Translations under genes and position numbers: made by a program
Notes under the pieces: model-generated
The model's database searches: none
The model's input: the letters and a program-made list of their open reading frames with translations, nothing else
What the model was told of the DNA's origin: nothing
Shown: piece after piece, positions 1-13,996 of the stretch
Position numbering within the stretch: the stretch's first letter is position 1
Layout of the letters: each line of letters starts with the position of its first letter
Assembly (NCBI GenBank): GCA_973895155.1
Contig: OZ316896.1
Location: forward strand, 3,260,638 to 3,324,637
DNA from: Marsupella aquatica
Taxonomy: Eukaryota; Plantae; Marchantiophyta
Direction: 5' to 3'
DNA length: 64,000 bases

Positions 1-454
1 CCAGTTCACAGACAGCTAGCCTAACAACAATGGCTTCAATAGATGTAGGGCATTGACCTAACAGAATTACTAGAATCATTCTTCAGCATCGCTTGGAGAA
101 TTTGTGTCATCATCAATGACACCTTCAGGCAATTCAACCTGTTCATGCAAGTGTCGGTGAAACAATCTCTTGGCCAGCTCCACATGCATTGAATGTGACC
201 CTGCTCTTCAAAGCTTGAACAAAGATAAATTTCATTTGTGAGTTTAATCACAACATTGTCATTGTCATCTGCTAATCCAGCTGTATGTATGAATTCTTCC
301 ATATCAATTGTAGCTCTATTCACCTCAACCTGTGCATAAGCAAACATTTTCATGGTCCCAGCCTGTCTTAAATCCCCAAAATTGCAAGACATTGCTCCTG
401 CAACCACAGTTTTGCATCTGATACGAGCTACTCGTCTCCAGAATCCTTGTGCAT

Positions 455-1272
455 AATACATAATTTATGCAGACATATAATGCTCTGACAACGTCAACAA
501 CATGATCGGTCTTCATTTCTATGCGTCTCAATACAATTTGCCACTTGCCTTTCAAAATGGAATATACATACAAGTTTGGATGAGATATGCAGCATCACCT
601 ATGAGTTTATATAGACAGAAATCTCCCCTGGCTACTAGTTTTCCTTCCCATCACTGAGTTTACAAATACGGCGTAGTCATGTAGAGAACCTGCCCATCCG
701 AAGTCATAATCCCAAAATGTTGTTTCAGTGTCCACAATACCTTGCAAGAGAACAGAATAAAACCCCTTTCTGTTATATATGGAAAGGTGCCGGATCCCCC
801 TCAGGGGCCATGATGGGAATGTGAGAGCCATCTATGGCTTCCATAATAAAAGGCAACCCATACTTATCCTCAAACTGGGCTGCTAAAATTTTCAGGATTC
901 TTAAGTCCATTTTGGAACCGCAAGTGGACAAATGTATTTCAACACGGCTTGACAGAATTGTCTCACAACAATACATGCCAAGCTTTCGCTCATTCTGAAT
1001 AGGTCAGCACATCCAAGCCAGTAGTTACCTGTACATAGTCTGTTCAATGATAAAGCAACCCTCTTTTCCAATGAAATTTCTCCACCCTTTTTTGACTTCT
1101 GCATGTCTTGGGCAACTAGAGAACAGAGGTAAAAAATTGTGGAAGGTTTGACTCGTAACCTTCTTGCGAACTCTTTCTCAGTATGGGAAGTCAACAATGT
1201 TCTATCCACAAATGGAGATTCACGGTCCAACCTCCAAATGGATCTCTCACGTCCGTCTTTTCTGTGTCCCAT
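455..1272 (-). mobile_element. PIF/Harbinger (HARBI1-like, DDE_Tnp_4) transposase remnant, frameshifted
   Basis: Successive minus-strand ORFs give EKRVALSLNRLCTG..ADLFRMSES, AIDGSHIPI, YNRKGFYSVLLQGIVD, GWAGSLHD, GDAAY and LKGKWQIVLRR, the ordered Harbinger motifs, split over several frames. Confidence 0.85.
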
Positions 1273-1980
1273 CTCTCAAAGTGGGCGTTGTTGACTTTAC
1301 ATGAGGCTGGGTGCCGTTTGCTCCAGCCTGGTAGTATGTTTTCCCCCGTTTATACTAATTTTTGATAATGAAGTGGCTCCTGGTGTTGCTTTGGAAGAGG
1401 AGAGACTGAATGGCCCTCACGGTTTTGTTAAGCCCCCCTCAGAATACATCAGCGTCAGGTTTTGGAAGACTTAAAGAACTCAAAAAATCACACATATATA
1501 TCATCATTGATTTGTCAGAAAGGAAAAATGTACACATGCAGTACTAAGGCAAGTAGGACAAACAAAATTTAAGGAATCTATGGGCCGAGATGGGCCACTC
1601 TATGGGCATGCGTATGCAGGGAGAGAGAACATTAGTTGATAAAGGGAGAGGACAAACAGAGAACTCTAAGCGCATGTCTATGAAGGAAGTAAAGAACATT
1701 AGTAGATACTGGAAGACTGGGAATTGCTCTGTGTTTGAATGAGTATTTATAAAGTTTCATTGGGTTGCTTGTTTTTTAGGGTAGCCACTAAAAGTGTCCC
1801 CTAACCTAAACCTGCAATTTTTAACCCTGTACTCCTGATATACTTGGTACTTTACACAAGAAAATGTATTCTTTACATATAAATATAGGAAATGCAATAG
1901 ATGTATATATACATTTTATGTGGGTATTTGATTTAGAGATTGCTTTTAAAGAAATTTTTACAAGGAACAATGTTGTATCC

Positions 1981-2035
<55 letters not shown>

Positions 2036-2047
2036 CCCCCCCCCCCC
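1981..2047. repeat. (CA)n-(GA)n microsatellite followed by a poly-C run
   Basis: Directly visible; produces the spurious ERER/LSLS ORFs. Confidence 0.95.
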
Positions 2048-4915
2048 TCCTGGTGCTCCTCTTGTGCACTGCAAATAGGTCAAAAACTCTCCTACTCTGG
2101 TGATGATAGTATGATAGACGTGATGATAGTATGATAGACAGTGCGGACTCCTCAAATGTTTTAGTGTACATAACCATTAAGTCAGAGAACTTACTCACAT
2201 TTTTGGTCCTTTTTTTCCATTATTTTTTAGAAATCCTACACCCATTCCCTACCTAGTTTTTAATCTCCCCTGTTTCTGGGTAGGCAGAGATTGTAATGCA
2301 TGAATTTAGCACTGAGGATTAAGGCATTCTGGTGCACGAAGAGTTTAGGTTCTGTTGTAATTGGGCTCATCTCCCAGAATTGGCTAACAACCTTTTGAAA
2401 ATGCACCCAATTGCTGCTTCTGGATTGACTGCTTAGAACAGAGCTACTCACACCGCAGAGAACTTTGCTTTGAGGGGAAAGGAGCCCAATCAAGATATAT
2501 GTTCAGATTTATAACCTGCATGGCATGATGCGATATTGCGAGGACTTACTGACCTTGTATGCCATCCTTGGTTTTACTATAGTGGAGCTTGTTCCTTGGT
2601 TCTATCCGGTCCCAGTTGAATTGACATCACTGTAGAACCCTCGTATCTTCTCCTTTTCTACTTTCATGGATGGGGTTGTACCGACATAAAGCAGCGTTTG
2701 ATTTACATCAATGATTAGTCAACAACGTTTCTCTCTCAGTCTGCCAGGAGACGGGATGCCAGGCTTAATTTCATTGGCGTTTGCTATCCTGATATATAAG
2801 AGTGGCAGAAAGTGTCATTATATTTGAATGAAAGGTCGAATATATGTAAGTGGTTCTAATTAATTTTGTGCGAACCCAGTTTTTCTTTCTGGCGATTGTT
2901 GGTAGACATGTGACACGCTCCCGAACGTTCTCCCTGGAATTTCACGTATGTTTTTCATAGAGCTTTCCATCCTGAATTTTTTGAAAGGTGGGGATGACAT
3001 CTGCAAATTGAAGTCAAGAAGATGCCAGAACACTTCATGTTCTCAGCTTTCAAGTTGGTTTTCTCTCGTTTAGGCCGTGCTACTGTGACGGCTTGAGTCA
3101 ACCTATCGAAAGCTTATGACTCTGCAATCCATCAAAGTTGCACTAAAGTTAGCATGCATCCGCTTTCAAGGGAATTCCGTGTGTGTACTTTTCCATTATC
3201 ATCTCACGGCCTTCGCGAAATTTTGTTAGACAGCAAGTAGTTCATGTGTGATGTTGACACTTCATGTTTACTTTGTTTCTCTGACCGAAATGTGTTCCAG
3301 ACTGGAGACTTTTCGGATGTAGCAATTTATCGCTAAGCCCCGCACATTGATTCTCATCAATACATGTCACGATTCAACAGATTTACGTCGGTTGATTTGT
3401 CGCTCTAGCTGGTGATACGCTTTGCGCTTGTAGTAGCGTTAGTATGTTATTTGATCCGTTCTGGGAGCCCAGTACAACAATTTCAATGGAAGTGCAATTG
3501 TCCCTGCTCTGAACAGTTGTTGATATTCTTCTTATCAGCAAAATTATAATCTGGCTATAATTCGATCAGTTCGTTCATGTAACTGTCCCGCGTTCCTACT
3601 CTGAGGATCTTTTGTTTAATATAACAGACTTTTGCTCATTGGGTGAGTGTTTGTTTCAACACTCCCTTGCACCAGGCAATAGTTTGGTCTAAAATTTAAT
3701 TTTGTTACAACCTGTTTACGAAAGTTCGGGAAGAAGAGGGGACAAACGAGAGGACAGAAGGGTTAGACAGAGAATTCATTAGAGGAGTGCGATTCTTAGA
3801 TTTGGAGGAAGATCCCAGTCTCTGTGGAAGCAAGATTCACTCACCTAGCTTGCAGACACTTCCCTGAACTGGTCGACCGTTTCAGGACGGGAAGCATAGA
3901 GGCCAAAAATTGCTGAGATTCAACTGAACTAAATTGCTCTCTCATAGTGATTTGGAATTAATGATCTTTTCGTTTGCCCGCGCGTTTGCTTCCGAGTTGA
4001 GGCTCAGGCCACAGCCTCGCTCCGAAAGGATGGCCGTCAATTGGAGAGACTAAGGAATAGTCCGTCCCCCTGAACTTCATTAAACATGCAATCTAGAGCC
4101 CGGAGAACTCTGATAGGAGTACTTGAGTCGTCTCCCACAAATACTGCTCGCCCAACTTCAATGTTCGCATTGTTTTCACAGGCTACGATGGGATGTCCTC
4201 CTTCAACTGTACAAGTACATAGGTCACGACGACCCACGATCAGATCCCAAAAGCTTTCTTGAACGTCGCCGATGACTTTAAAAAACTTTCGAACAACGAC
4301 GTACAGTTATACCTTCCCAGATCGCAATCCCAGTTAATTCGTTTCTTCGTTCCATATTCCAACTCCTTTCTGCCCAAGAACAAAGCAAACTCGAAAGTAA
4401 CCTCTTGGCGGCCGTCAGGCCGAGCCACATGTAATTTCCGGAAGTAAAAGAGAGCTTACATTCGCCCTTGTGAATGCGTCTCTATAATTACGCGGCGTCC
4501 CTAGACCACGTCGTTGCATTGCAAAAGAGTGATGAGTGTGAACAGAGTGAATGTCAAATGTGATCATTTTCCGGAGGTAACTTTTTCGACTTAATTGTGA
4601 ATGCGTCCTGCCTATCACGCGGCATGCATTTCAGGGACGTTTTGATCGAGGTTCCGATCACTCAAAATTCACCACGTCGTTGCCAAAGGATGAATGTGAA
4701 CTAAAGTGAATCTCAAATGAACGATCGTTTTTTATTTGATTTAACGAATAATTAACGTGAGCCCCATTCCCTGGACAAAATGGGGAGATTGCATTCTAAC
4801 AAGCATCGGGGTAACAAGCATCGGGCCACAAAATGAAAGATTGCTAGTCCTACAGAGCGGAAGATACGAATCCCTGAAGTCCTCCGATCTCCGAGAAAAT
4901 ATTCTCAGAATTTAG

Positions 4916-5000
4916 ACTAACTGGCTCTAGTCAGTTGGCTAATCATTAGCCTGGAACTCAGAGGTCCTAGGTTTACCCTCCCCTTCACACACAGGGACAC
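4916..5000 (+). mobile_element. tRNA-derived SINE head (short copy)
   Basis: ACTAACTGGCTCTAGTCAGTTGGCT..GCCTGGAACTCAGAGGTCCTAGGTTT: A-box/B-box-like, homologous to copies at 38763 and 44171; absent from the paralogous STIG1 upstream region. Confidence 0.65.
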
Positions 5001-5582
5001 AAAACTCCTCTTCCTCATATCTGTTCAAGAAAAAAGGACAGATATAGTTTGCGTCTCCGTGCATTGATGAGACGACAAATATCTATCGAGACCACTAACG
5101 ACCATGTTTGTCCATCACTTTTGTTCATGAACTTGGGTATAAGGAGAAAAGGCAGACTTGAGAACTAACATAACAGGAAAGCCACAGCCGGAAAAAGGCA
5201 GCCCGGGCGAATATTGAGAAGAGGATCGTGGCAGGTAGCACTCGAATTGTCTGGAAAGCGTCAACAAACTCGATCATGGCATTAGTTTACATCAGAAATC
5301 ACGTAGATTCTCGCTAAAGCAAAAAGCGCGCGATGCCGGGGCGTGGTCCGGACTCCAGGAATGTTTAAAAGCCGCAGCACTTCGACAGGGAAGCTCATCG
5401 ATCTCAAGCTCACTCCCAGCACAGTAGCCATATATCGCACCCTGTCACCTGAGGATCTAGTAAGTACTTAAACCTTACTAAGGATCTACTCCAGCATCGC
5501 TACTGTACACCGGGATTGAGCGCCAGGTCTCTCTCGATCTCTTCCTCTCGCTACTCGCTAGCTCCATCCAATCAATCGTCCA

Positions 5583-5990
5583 ATGGCCTACCGCGGGACG
5601 CTGCTATCTCTCCTGCTCGTGGCACTTGCGGCAGGCGTGGTCATAGATGGTGTGAACGGCGACTCTTCGTTTGTCCGGCGCCGACTGGCTGGACAGGAGA
5701 CTGGTGTGCCAGGTGCAGCGTCCACTAACTGCCTTATTCCATGCCTATCGCCCTTCTCCTGCTGCAAACTTCCAAACACCGGAATTCTCCCAGGCCTTTG
5801 CATTAACACCGGGACCGACCCGTTGAACTGCGGAATCTGCGGTAATGTTTGCCCTCTCGGTTCAATTTGCTGCAAAGGTAAGTGCACGAATTTGCTCAAC
5901 GACCCCAACAACTGTGGAGGTTGCGGCGACAAGTTCAAGTGCCCATTGAAGGACGCATGCAAGTTTGGCATGTGCAAGTATGCCGCATAG
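5583..5990 (+). CDS. STIG1-like cysteine-rich secreted protein (135 aa)
   Basis: Signal peptide, RRR processing-like site, repeated DPLNCGICGNVC / DPNNCGGCGDKFKC and terminal CKFGMCKYA, typical of the Stig1 domain. Confidence 0.9.
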   Translation: MAYRGTLLSLLLVALAAGVVIDGVNGDSSFVRRRLAGQETGVPGAASTNCLIPCLSPFSCCKLPNTGILPGLCINTGTDPLNCGICGNVCPLGSICCKGKCTNLLNDPNNCGGCGDKFKCPLKDACKFGMCKYAA

Positions 5991-8900
5991 GCTCGCAGGA
6001 TGCATCCAAGCTGCAGCGTGGGTTAAGTTCATAGACTACGTGTACCGAGCAGGAGAAGATTCGAACAAAGTCGGAGCTATGTCGCGTCGATGAAGCTGTC
6101 AACAGTGGGTGGTATAAATACCAATAAATGGTCACGGGACGACATTGCAAGAAGGGCAGCTAGAACTATCAAAACAAACCTGAAGTAGGAACGAGTCAGA
6201 TCATTTTCTACAATTAGGCGATATGACAATGAAAGCTAGCGATTTAGTCATCAGTGGATAAGCCAGTCACCAATTTCCCACCAGGCCATACGTAGACGAG
6301 TTGTATGAGTAGATTCTCATGAAGAACGATACGTAAGAATCTGGTCGCTGTTTGGCAATGAATAAAAAAATCGTTGATTTACTAGAAGACAATTCCTGTG
6401 TCCCAGTAAAAAATAAGTTCGTTTGTTGAATGCAGTCAGCTACATTGACTGACGATTGAATGATTTATAGAAGTTAAGATGAGGCCTCTTTGGCATTCTA
6501 CTCAGCTTGCGATTTGCCGCTAACATTGTACCTGTCCAACTCGTCAATAAAGTATGAAATCTGATTTCCTTGACTTAATTTACGCGGAATTGTTATGAAA
6601 TTTCTTTGCACTGGTTGTAATCGGAGTTCACATTAACCTCTCAGACAGGTTAATGGGGACGTCTCACGCATCAGTGGTGATGATGATTAATTAGAGTTTA
6701 ATATGTGTCTGACGAAGTATGCTTGAATCTGGAAACGGGTCTGGAAAATACAATCCTACCTACGAAGTCCATTCCAGAACCAGGACCCAGGTCGCACCAT
6801 GCTAGCTGGAACCCTGGTGGACGATCTCACACATAAACCGCGTGTAGTACCAGCAAGAAGTTGAGTTAGCGATATGACACTCGAACAGAATGTGATTGTT
6901 GGATTTGAAGCCATTGACGCTTTAATTAGATCTACTGAGTTCATATTCTTAGCGGGCAAAGAAATTCTCTACAGCTAAAACACAATACGTACGTACAGCT
7001 TGATCCCACAAGTTTAGAGCGAATGGCGCCTTTAGCTTCTTTGCATTGCTTTCAATTTTCAGACGATTGGAGCTCAATATATTACGACAAATTAACACGT
7101 TGATGGCTAGGCCTATAAATGTGGACGACTTGAGTACTGTTTACTTGGGGCTGAAGTGAGCATTTCTTTGAATTCTCTCTTACAATTACATAGCATGAGC
7201 TCAATCTCGATTATTAATTCCAGTCCATGACCTTGGTTGTGGCGTCAGAGTCTTGCAGTCAGCCCCGGCCAATGCTCGATTTCTCCCGAAATCCAGGCGC
7301 TAGATAACTTTCGATCACGACGATGGGGTTCTTTGATGCGGCTCAGTCTTGTTGATTCTCACCATGGAAACAAAATCAATGGCTCCTGTGTACTGTTTCA
7401 CTCCCCTAAGCTCAGCAACGTATTGTGTCCGCAAAATGTCCTATAACAGTTTCCTTGCATGGTAGTATCAAATTATATCCGCGACCATATATCATTAATA
7501 TTCTACCTTAATCCCCTTCCTCAATTCGATGAGGTTTGGATCGAGAACAGGTGAGTGATTCCTGGGAAAGTGGACTGGTTCAATATTCATACTGTGACAC
7601 GTACAATTGGAGGACTGAATCCAAGCATTTTCAATTTCCTCAGACCCAAGTTGGCGGGGCCGTAGCTGTAGGATCAAGAATGGAAGAAAAAGGAACCAGG
7701 TTGGGTATTGGGAGATAGCAGTACACTCCGAGTTTAGGGCAGTTTGTCACTTCAATGAACTATAAACGATCTATCCACCCAAGATAGAAAGCACATCGAG
7801 AGAGACTTGAAATCCATTATAGGATGTGGGGTCACTGCACGAGATTACGTACGTTACTGATAATACAAAATGATTGTTGAAATTCCGATTCCCTTGACAA
7901 CTGCATTATGATCAGTGCTTTTGCCGCTTGAAAACTCAGTTATTGTCCCATTACTTACATCCTAAGCAAAAACTTAGAGTTTGGTGAGATGCATGGCTCC
8001 CAATATATGTCTCGAAAAGCCACCCTCAGTTGTCGTTTTTTTTTCATGGATGTGAAACAGTCGCTCGAAACGACACTTAACCCTGAGACGCGACAATGAA
8101 ACGGGAATCAGTGTTCTTTAAGATTTTCCAGCTTTGGGGAATGCATTCTTCGAAGTCACAAAAACTCTTTTAGACGTCGATCAGGGAGAGAATGCTTGGT
8201 ATGAATGATCTCTCTGTGAAGTCACAAATCACCTTGCTGACTTACATAGAGGACCTTCCAGGCTTGAATGAGTACATTTTCATTGAGCGTAGAGGCGACA
8301 GACAATTATCATGTCTTCTGTTAATCACGCAACGTGCCAAGCTAGAGCCCAAGCGTTTGATTGATAGAAAAGATGGAATGATCAACTGGCCCACTTACAG
8401 ATATGTCGAGCAATAGAGATCTGATAAGACTGAGGAAAAACTCCGAACACTCAATGCTGACTATTGAATCGAGGGCTCAAAAAACGTTTTTGGAGAAAAT
8501 CGCTTTGAGCAATTATCATCGCTGCCTTGATAAATGATTGATGAAAAAGGTCAGATGATAAACTCCCCCAGAGCAGAACTCCCTAATCGAACACAATTCC
8601 TTTGGAAGTGAACGGTGCTGAGATAAAAATGACAAAATACTGTATTAATTATACGATATTCTAGATTCTTAGACGGAACGAGCCAATGTGGCTGGTTGGC
8701 GGAGGTATCTTTACGCTAAAGTTCCAATTCTGATTCAGTCTTCATTCCATCGACCTTGCGTTACAAATGTAATTTTGAACAAGTAAAGTTTCCACCTGGA
8801 ATCACTCCTGACTGTTCGTCAACCTCCAGGGTAGTTCCAGATCGTGTACGTTTGTAAGGCTTCCTTCGTATGCTCGGAGTCGAGAAAAAAGGAACAATCA

Positions 8901-9413
8901 CCGTATTATGTCCTGTTTATCTCGCAACAACAGATTCTGGATTGGAGGGAGGAAAAACTTAGAAAACTGAATGCCGTTTCTTAAATTGGGGGCTCGGAAG
9001 ATCTAAAACACTGTCTCTGGAAAAAGAAATTCTGAGCACTTAAATGATGTCTGCCTGGATTTAATGTCTGATTCAATGATCCAAATGCTAATTAATACAA
9101 AGTGTGTCACTCCGAACACATTCGCGAAGTGCCACATGATGTTACCTAAGCAAGCTAATGGTTCTTGAGACTGATGAAGGAGTTGGCCACCTGCGCGCAC
9201 CTCTGATCGACCCCCTCCAGCCGCTGCAATTATCTCTACTACCCGGAGGATAGGACTAAACAATTTTCAGCTCTCGCACTAATTTTTCAGCACAGGGTCG
9301 ATCACGAACTGAAACTATCAATCGATCACGAATTGAAACTGAAACTGAACGTACAAGCTATATTATGCAAATTATGGCATCCTGTAATATCGTTGGAAAA
9401 ATTGGGACTAAGC

Positions 9414-10124
9414 CTAGCCAAAGACATGGACGAATTTCGACAAGATGGTTTCCAAGCCTGCCACCTCAGTCTCTGTGATGAAGAACGATTTCGCCAGAAG
9501 CTCAGGGTCGACGCCAACCCCAAATAAACCCACGGGCATGAGCTGAATCCCGGGATTCTGACTGTTCAGCACGTTCAAGCTCACTGCCGGCACCGTGCCC
9601 TTGTTGAGCTGGAAGTGCAGAAGACCTCTGGGGAAAATGAATGCCTCCCCCTTCTTGACGATCTTAGCGAATAGCTTGTTGGGGACTGCAGGGTTGTCGC
9701 TATTGGTCACGAAACCCGTATAGATCTCGCCCTCTAGGCAGAAGAGAATCTCGGTGGCCAAGTTGTGGGTGTGTGGCATGATGATCCCGCCGGGGTTGAT
9801 GTCCAATCGAGCTAGACCCAATCCCAGTGTATTCAGTGCAGGCCAATCGCGAACAAACCCAAACGTTGCGGTACCGTTGACGGGGTTGCCTGAAAGATTG
9901 GCAGCTTTGGCCAATCCAGAGAATGCGAAGTCTTCCGTTGTGACAGACTGTGCAGCTTTGCAAGGGTAGCCATTGGATACAGGGCCTCCTGCTGCCAGAT
10001 CGGCCACACAAAAATCTTGCAGTGGGTCAGGATCACTTGCTCTGACTCCAATGCAAACGGATGCCACCGCTAGGATCGTGACGAAGAGTCTTAGGCGGAG
10101 CGGGGCTGAAACTGTAAAAGCCAT
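9414..10124 (-). CDS. Germin-like protein (cupin), intact and intronless; likely start MAFTVS
   Basis: Signal peptide, SDPDPLQDFCVAD, NGYPCK, germin box 1 GGIIMPHTHNLATE, box 2 GEAFIFPRGLLHFQLN, NSQNPG. Confidence 0.95.
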   Translation of the reverse strand: MAFTVSAPLRLRLFVTILAVASVCIGVRASDPDPLQDFCVADLAAGGPVSNGYPCKAAQSVTTEDFAFSGLAKAANLSGNPVNGTATFGFVRDWPALNTLGLGLARLDINPGGIIMPHTHNLATEILFCLEGEIYTGFVTNSDNPAVPNKLFAKIVKKGEAFIFPRGLLHFQLNKGTVPAVSLNVLNSQNPGIQLMPVGLFGVGVDPELLAKSFFITETEVAGLETILSKFVHVFG

Positions 10125-11879
10125 GATTCTGAAACACACAAAGGTTTAATTCCAAGGACGATTGACCTCTCGGTCCAAGCTAGAGATGGATACAATGCGC
10201 GAATACTAAAACTAGATCGTGGGCACTCTGAGTCCGAATGCCACAGCTCATACAGAACTCTCAGCGCGCGCTGGAAAATGTCAATCCAAGACTTTGTCTA
10301 TTCTAACTAGCTATATAGACAAATTCTGTCACGAGGGCACACTGATAGATTGTGGTTCTAAACACAAGATTGCAATTGGCTATCTGGTACCTCAGTTGGG
10401 AGTGGTTTGTCAGCACTGAAGATCAAACTGGATTGAGAGCAAGATGAACTGAGAGTTGACTTCAAGCTGGTGCGCTATGAGCGAATGATGATTTGAGTTA
10501 GACAAAATGAAGCCTGGTATTTAAAGTCTTTTGTCCAATTCAGTACTCTTCATTACTTCCCTCAGGCACCGTGCGCAGGGCTATTAAGCGAAACTTCACT
10601 GCCCTTGGCTGGTCCAGGTGTACGAGCATCCCTGCCCCAAGACCGACAAAACGCCTGGTACGCAGATAATGCGGAGCAAACACTCGCAGAACACGTCTAT
10701 AATGATAAGTCTACCCTCTGAGATCGAACGGCTGTTACGTTTGCTTCATGGAGGTATTGGTCACTGCAGGTTCCCGGAAGGGACGAAAGAAATGGACGCT
10801 GCTGTCAAGTCGAGAGGGGGCTGCATCGTAGAGGCTTCGTGCTAAAGCAAAGCAAGCTAGAGAAGTGGACTTCAGTGCCGGAGAAAACTGGAGGTTCCCA
10901 GCTGAGGCTCGAGATACCTCATTCCAATGACAGATCACTTGTAGTACGTACAGAACTACTGTACATCAATGATCCATCCAACCAAGGTAGAAAGCAGGTC
11001 GAGACAATCTTATTACAATATAACTCGATGCGACAGATCCCTTCACTCCAGGAGGTGTATGGGATGTGGTCGCTGACTCGCAAAGTACAGTAGACAGGCT
11101 ACGCATTAAAGAGAGGCTATGCAATAAAGAGAATTCTTGTTAAAGAGCTACAGGTGCTACTGGTCCATTGTCCATGGGAACCAAAATTCCATTAGAAGCA
11201 AGCATGTTTTTTTCTGAAATCGTGGAGTTTAACCCCAGAGTAAGCAATTGAGTGTAATCTACTACTATAATCCCCTATCCCCCCAAAAGTGGTATATGGT
11301 AAACTCGCTTTTGGAGAGAACATTCTCTGACCATTGGATTTATCCTGGCCTTTCATTATTCAAAAAGCAATCTCCTTAATCCAAAGGAGACAAAACAAGT
11401 ATTTTGATATACCACTTAGATTCTCTAGGAGAAAGATATGGCATAAGGAGATATGGCATAGGCTCTCTGTGAGTGCCATGTGTTGTCATTGGGATGGGGG
11501 CACTTGGGTGCCATGTGTTGTCATTGGGATAGGGGCACTTGGGACACCATTATGAGGGGACAAGACTAGAAGCCATAGAGTTCAAAGTAGGGAGGGGAAA
11601 TTAATTGATGCACCCATGGGTGAGGGGCTAAATATATATTGTGTTACCACCCATAAGTACCTAGGTGGAAGGGATGAGACAAAGTGGAGCAAGTGGAGAT
11701 GAAAATACAGTAAAGAAATTAAGTAAGGAATAAGAGGGAAAAAGGAGAGAAAAGGGACAGCCTTGGAAGAGGAGAGCGGGAGGAGGGGGGGCAGGAGGCC
11801 ATGAGGAGGAGTGGGGATGTCACCTTAGACCTAGCGTTGTGCAAATGCATGTGCCTCGATTACCATCATCTATATATTT

Positions 11880-13880
11880 AGCTCACGCTCTCCACATCTT
11901 TTATGCAATGACATCGTTTACACAACATCTTAAGTGCAACACACGGGTATTGAACATGACCACACAATCTGTATGGTCGGGATCACACATAAAATGTCTC
12001 AACAACTATATCGCAAAGCTTACAATTATGTTTTTGCCTCACCTCGACATCTTTTCTTGCCTTGACACCTTTTTCTCTCGATTTTTCTTGCCTTTTCATA
12101 TTTCTCTCTCCTTAAAAGTCTTTACCTTGCATTGACATCTTTTTTCACATCGACATCTTCATCTCACCACAACATTTTCTTCCCACCCTTGACAACTTTC
12201 CCCTTGTCATCATCTTTTTCTCTCCTCAAGATCTTTTCTCACCTTGACATCTTATCTTTTTCTCATCTTGCCATCTTTTTTTCACTTGACATCTTTATCT
12301 CACCAAGACATCTTTTCCTCATCTTTGCATCTTTTTCTCACCGGGTTCTCACCTTGCCATCTTTTCTCTCCTCGATATATTTTTCTCACCTCGACTTCTT
12401 TTCCTCACCTCGCCATCTTTTCTCACCTTGGAATCTTTATCTCACAAAGACATTTTTTCCTCACCCTTGACATCTATTCTCTCCTTGATATATTTTCCTC
12501 ATCTTTGCATCTTTTTCTCACCCGGGTTCTCACCTTGCCATCTTTTCTCTCCTTGATAATTATCTTTTTCTAACCTCAACTTCTTTTCCTCACCTTGCTA
12601 TCTTTTCCCGCCTTGAAATCTTTTGTGCAACACACAAGCATTGGGCTACAACACTACAGCAGTATGAGTTGCCTCGACATTTAGTTTATGAATCATGAGT
12701 GATGGTGAGGTTCTTTCCATCTAACTCTGTAATATGCTATCCCGCCATTATTGGGTTTTGTCTACTCACAAAAATTAAAAAAGCAGGATCCAATTCTAAT
12801 TGTCCATTTAAAATATTGTTTTTTATCACTCTTAGATGCAAGCAACACTATCACATTGCCTCTCCTATCTGACACTAATTGGTATGGTAGAGGCTCACGT
12901 ACACTTGCTTAGAGTACATGCACAAAGAGAAAAGACTCAGGTACACCTTCAAGAAGGACAAATGTACTTGAAAGTACCATGATTATAGGTTGTACTAGAA
13001 TGTAAAACTGATAATTGTGTTCATGAGAGATGATGGGATATTGGAGAGAAAATGGCTGGGTTTAGAAAAAAAAGGGGAGGGAGAAGATAAAAGGAAAACA
13101 AAATAATTTAAGGGAAAAATTTCAAGCATAGACATGTTAAAAAGGTGGGGAAAAGAGAAGAATGGGAGAAAGGGGGATAATTTAGGATTTTTATCCCCCC
13201 AAATACTTATATTTGTATATATATTGTGCCAAGATAATGAGGATTTCACACCCATAAACTATGACAAATATTCCTATGGTTTTTCACCGCAATCATCTTA
13301 CAAAATTGGACTTTTATCATCCCAAAGAAAGCCTGGGAAGCAAAATGAAGAGGGGAAGAGGCAAGGGGAAAGGGGAACTAAGCGGGATATGTATGGGAAA
13401 AGAGAAGGGAGAGGCTTCATCTTGCCCCTTCCATTCGCAAGTAAGGGTGGAAAAATTGTCAAATTTATTTTCTCACCTCAAAATCTTTTGCTCTACTTTA
13501 CATTTTTTTTGCTCAACACCTTTTGTTCTCCTTTGACATCTTTTGTTCACCTCAACATATTTTCTCTCCTCAATTTTTTTCTCATCTCAACATCTATTTC
13601 TCTCAAAATCTTTTCTCTCCTGGACATGTGTTTCTCACCTAGCTCTACATTTTTTGTCTTCTTGATATCTTTTCTCTTCTCAACATCTTTTTCTCTCCTT
13701 GATTTCTTTTATCACCTCAACATCTTTTGTTCACCTCGACATCTTTTCTCTCCTCAACATATTTTATCTCCTCGACTTCTTTTATCATCTCAACATCCTT
13801 TTCTCACCTCGATATCTTTTCTCTCCTCGACGTCTTTTTTTCTCCTTAACTTCTTTTATCATCTCGACATCTTTTGCTCC
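11880..13880. repeat. Degenerate ~19-nt CT-rich repeat arrays (TTCTCACCTCGACATCTTT-like), probably TE subterminal repeats
   Basis: Arrays at ~12040-12620 and ~13460-13880; inverted relative at ~52210-52660 shares flanking sequence (CTTAAGTGCA region). Confidence 0.7.
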
Positions 13881-13996
13881 CTGTGATGCCTAGACAGGAA
13901 TCACTCGGCCAGTTAAGTGGGTAAAGCAGGAAGGCACCCTAGGAACACCTTAGTATAGGGACAAAACAAGGAAAATATAAACAATTAGGGGCAACC

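Larger units (their letters stand above)
4205..6790. repeat. Segmental duplication (STIG1 block), inverted copy at ~45920-48220
   Basis: 4205-4325 matches the reverse complement of ~48100-48215; 6745-6785 matches rc of ~45920-45960; gene and both flanks are colinear. Confidence 0.85.

Noticed and set aside
1821-2198. ERER/LSLS ORFs (also 30726-30950)
   Set aside because: Microsatellite artefacts
4916-5000. tRNA genes at the three SINE heads
   Set aside because: No acceptor stem, degenerate T arm, and a shared non-tRNA body
5588-5977. Conserved antisense ORFs opposite both STIG1 genes, and others opposite the GTPases and kelch gene
   Set aside because: Shadow frames; conservation is explained by the sense-strand coding sequence
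10618-11093. Possible decayed coding segments (also ~2260-2700, 7240-7720, 18650-19240, 20380-20720)
   Set aside because: No recognisable motifs I can support without a database search
11839-13893. F/S/L-rich ORFs (also 52107-52625)
   Set aside because: Translation of CT-rich low-complexity repeats
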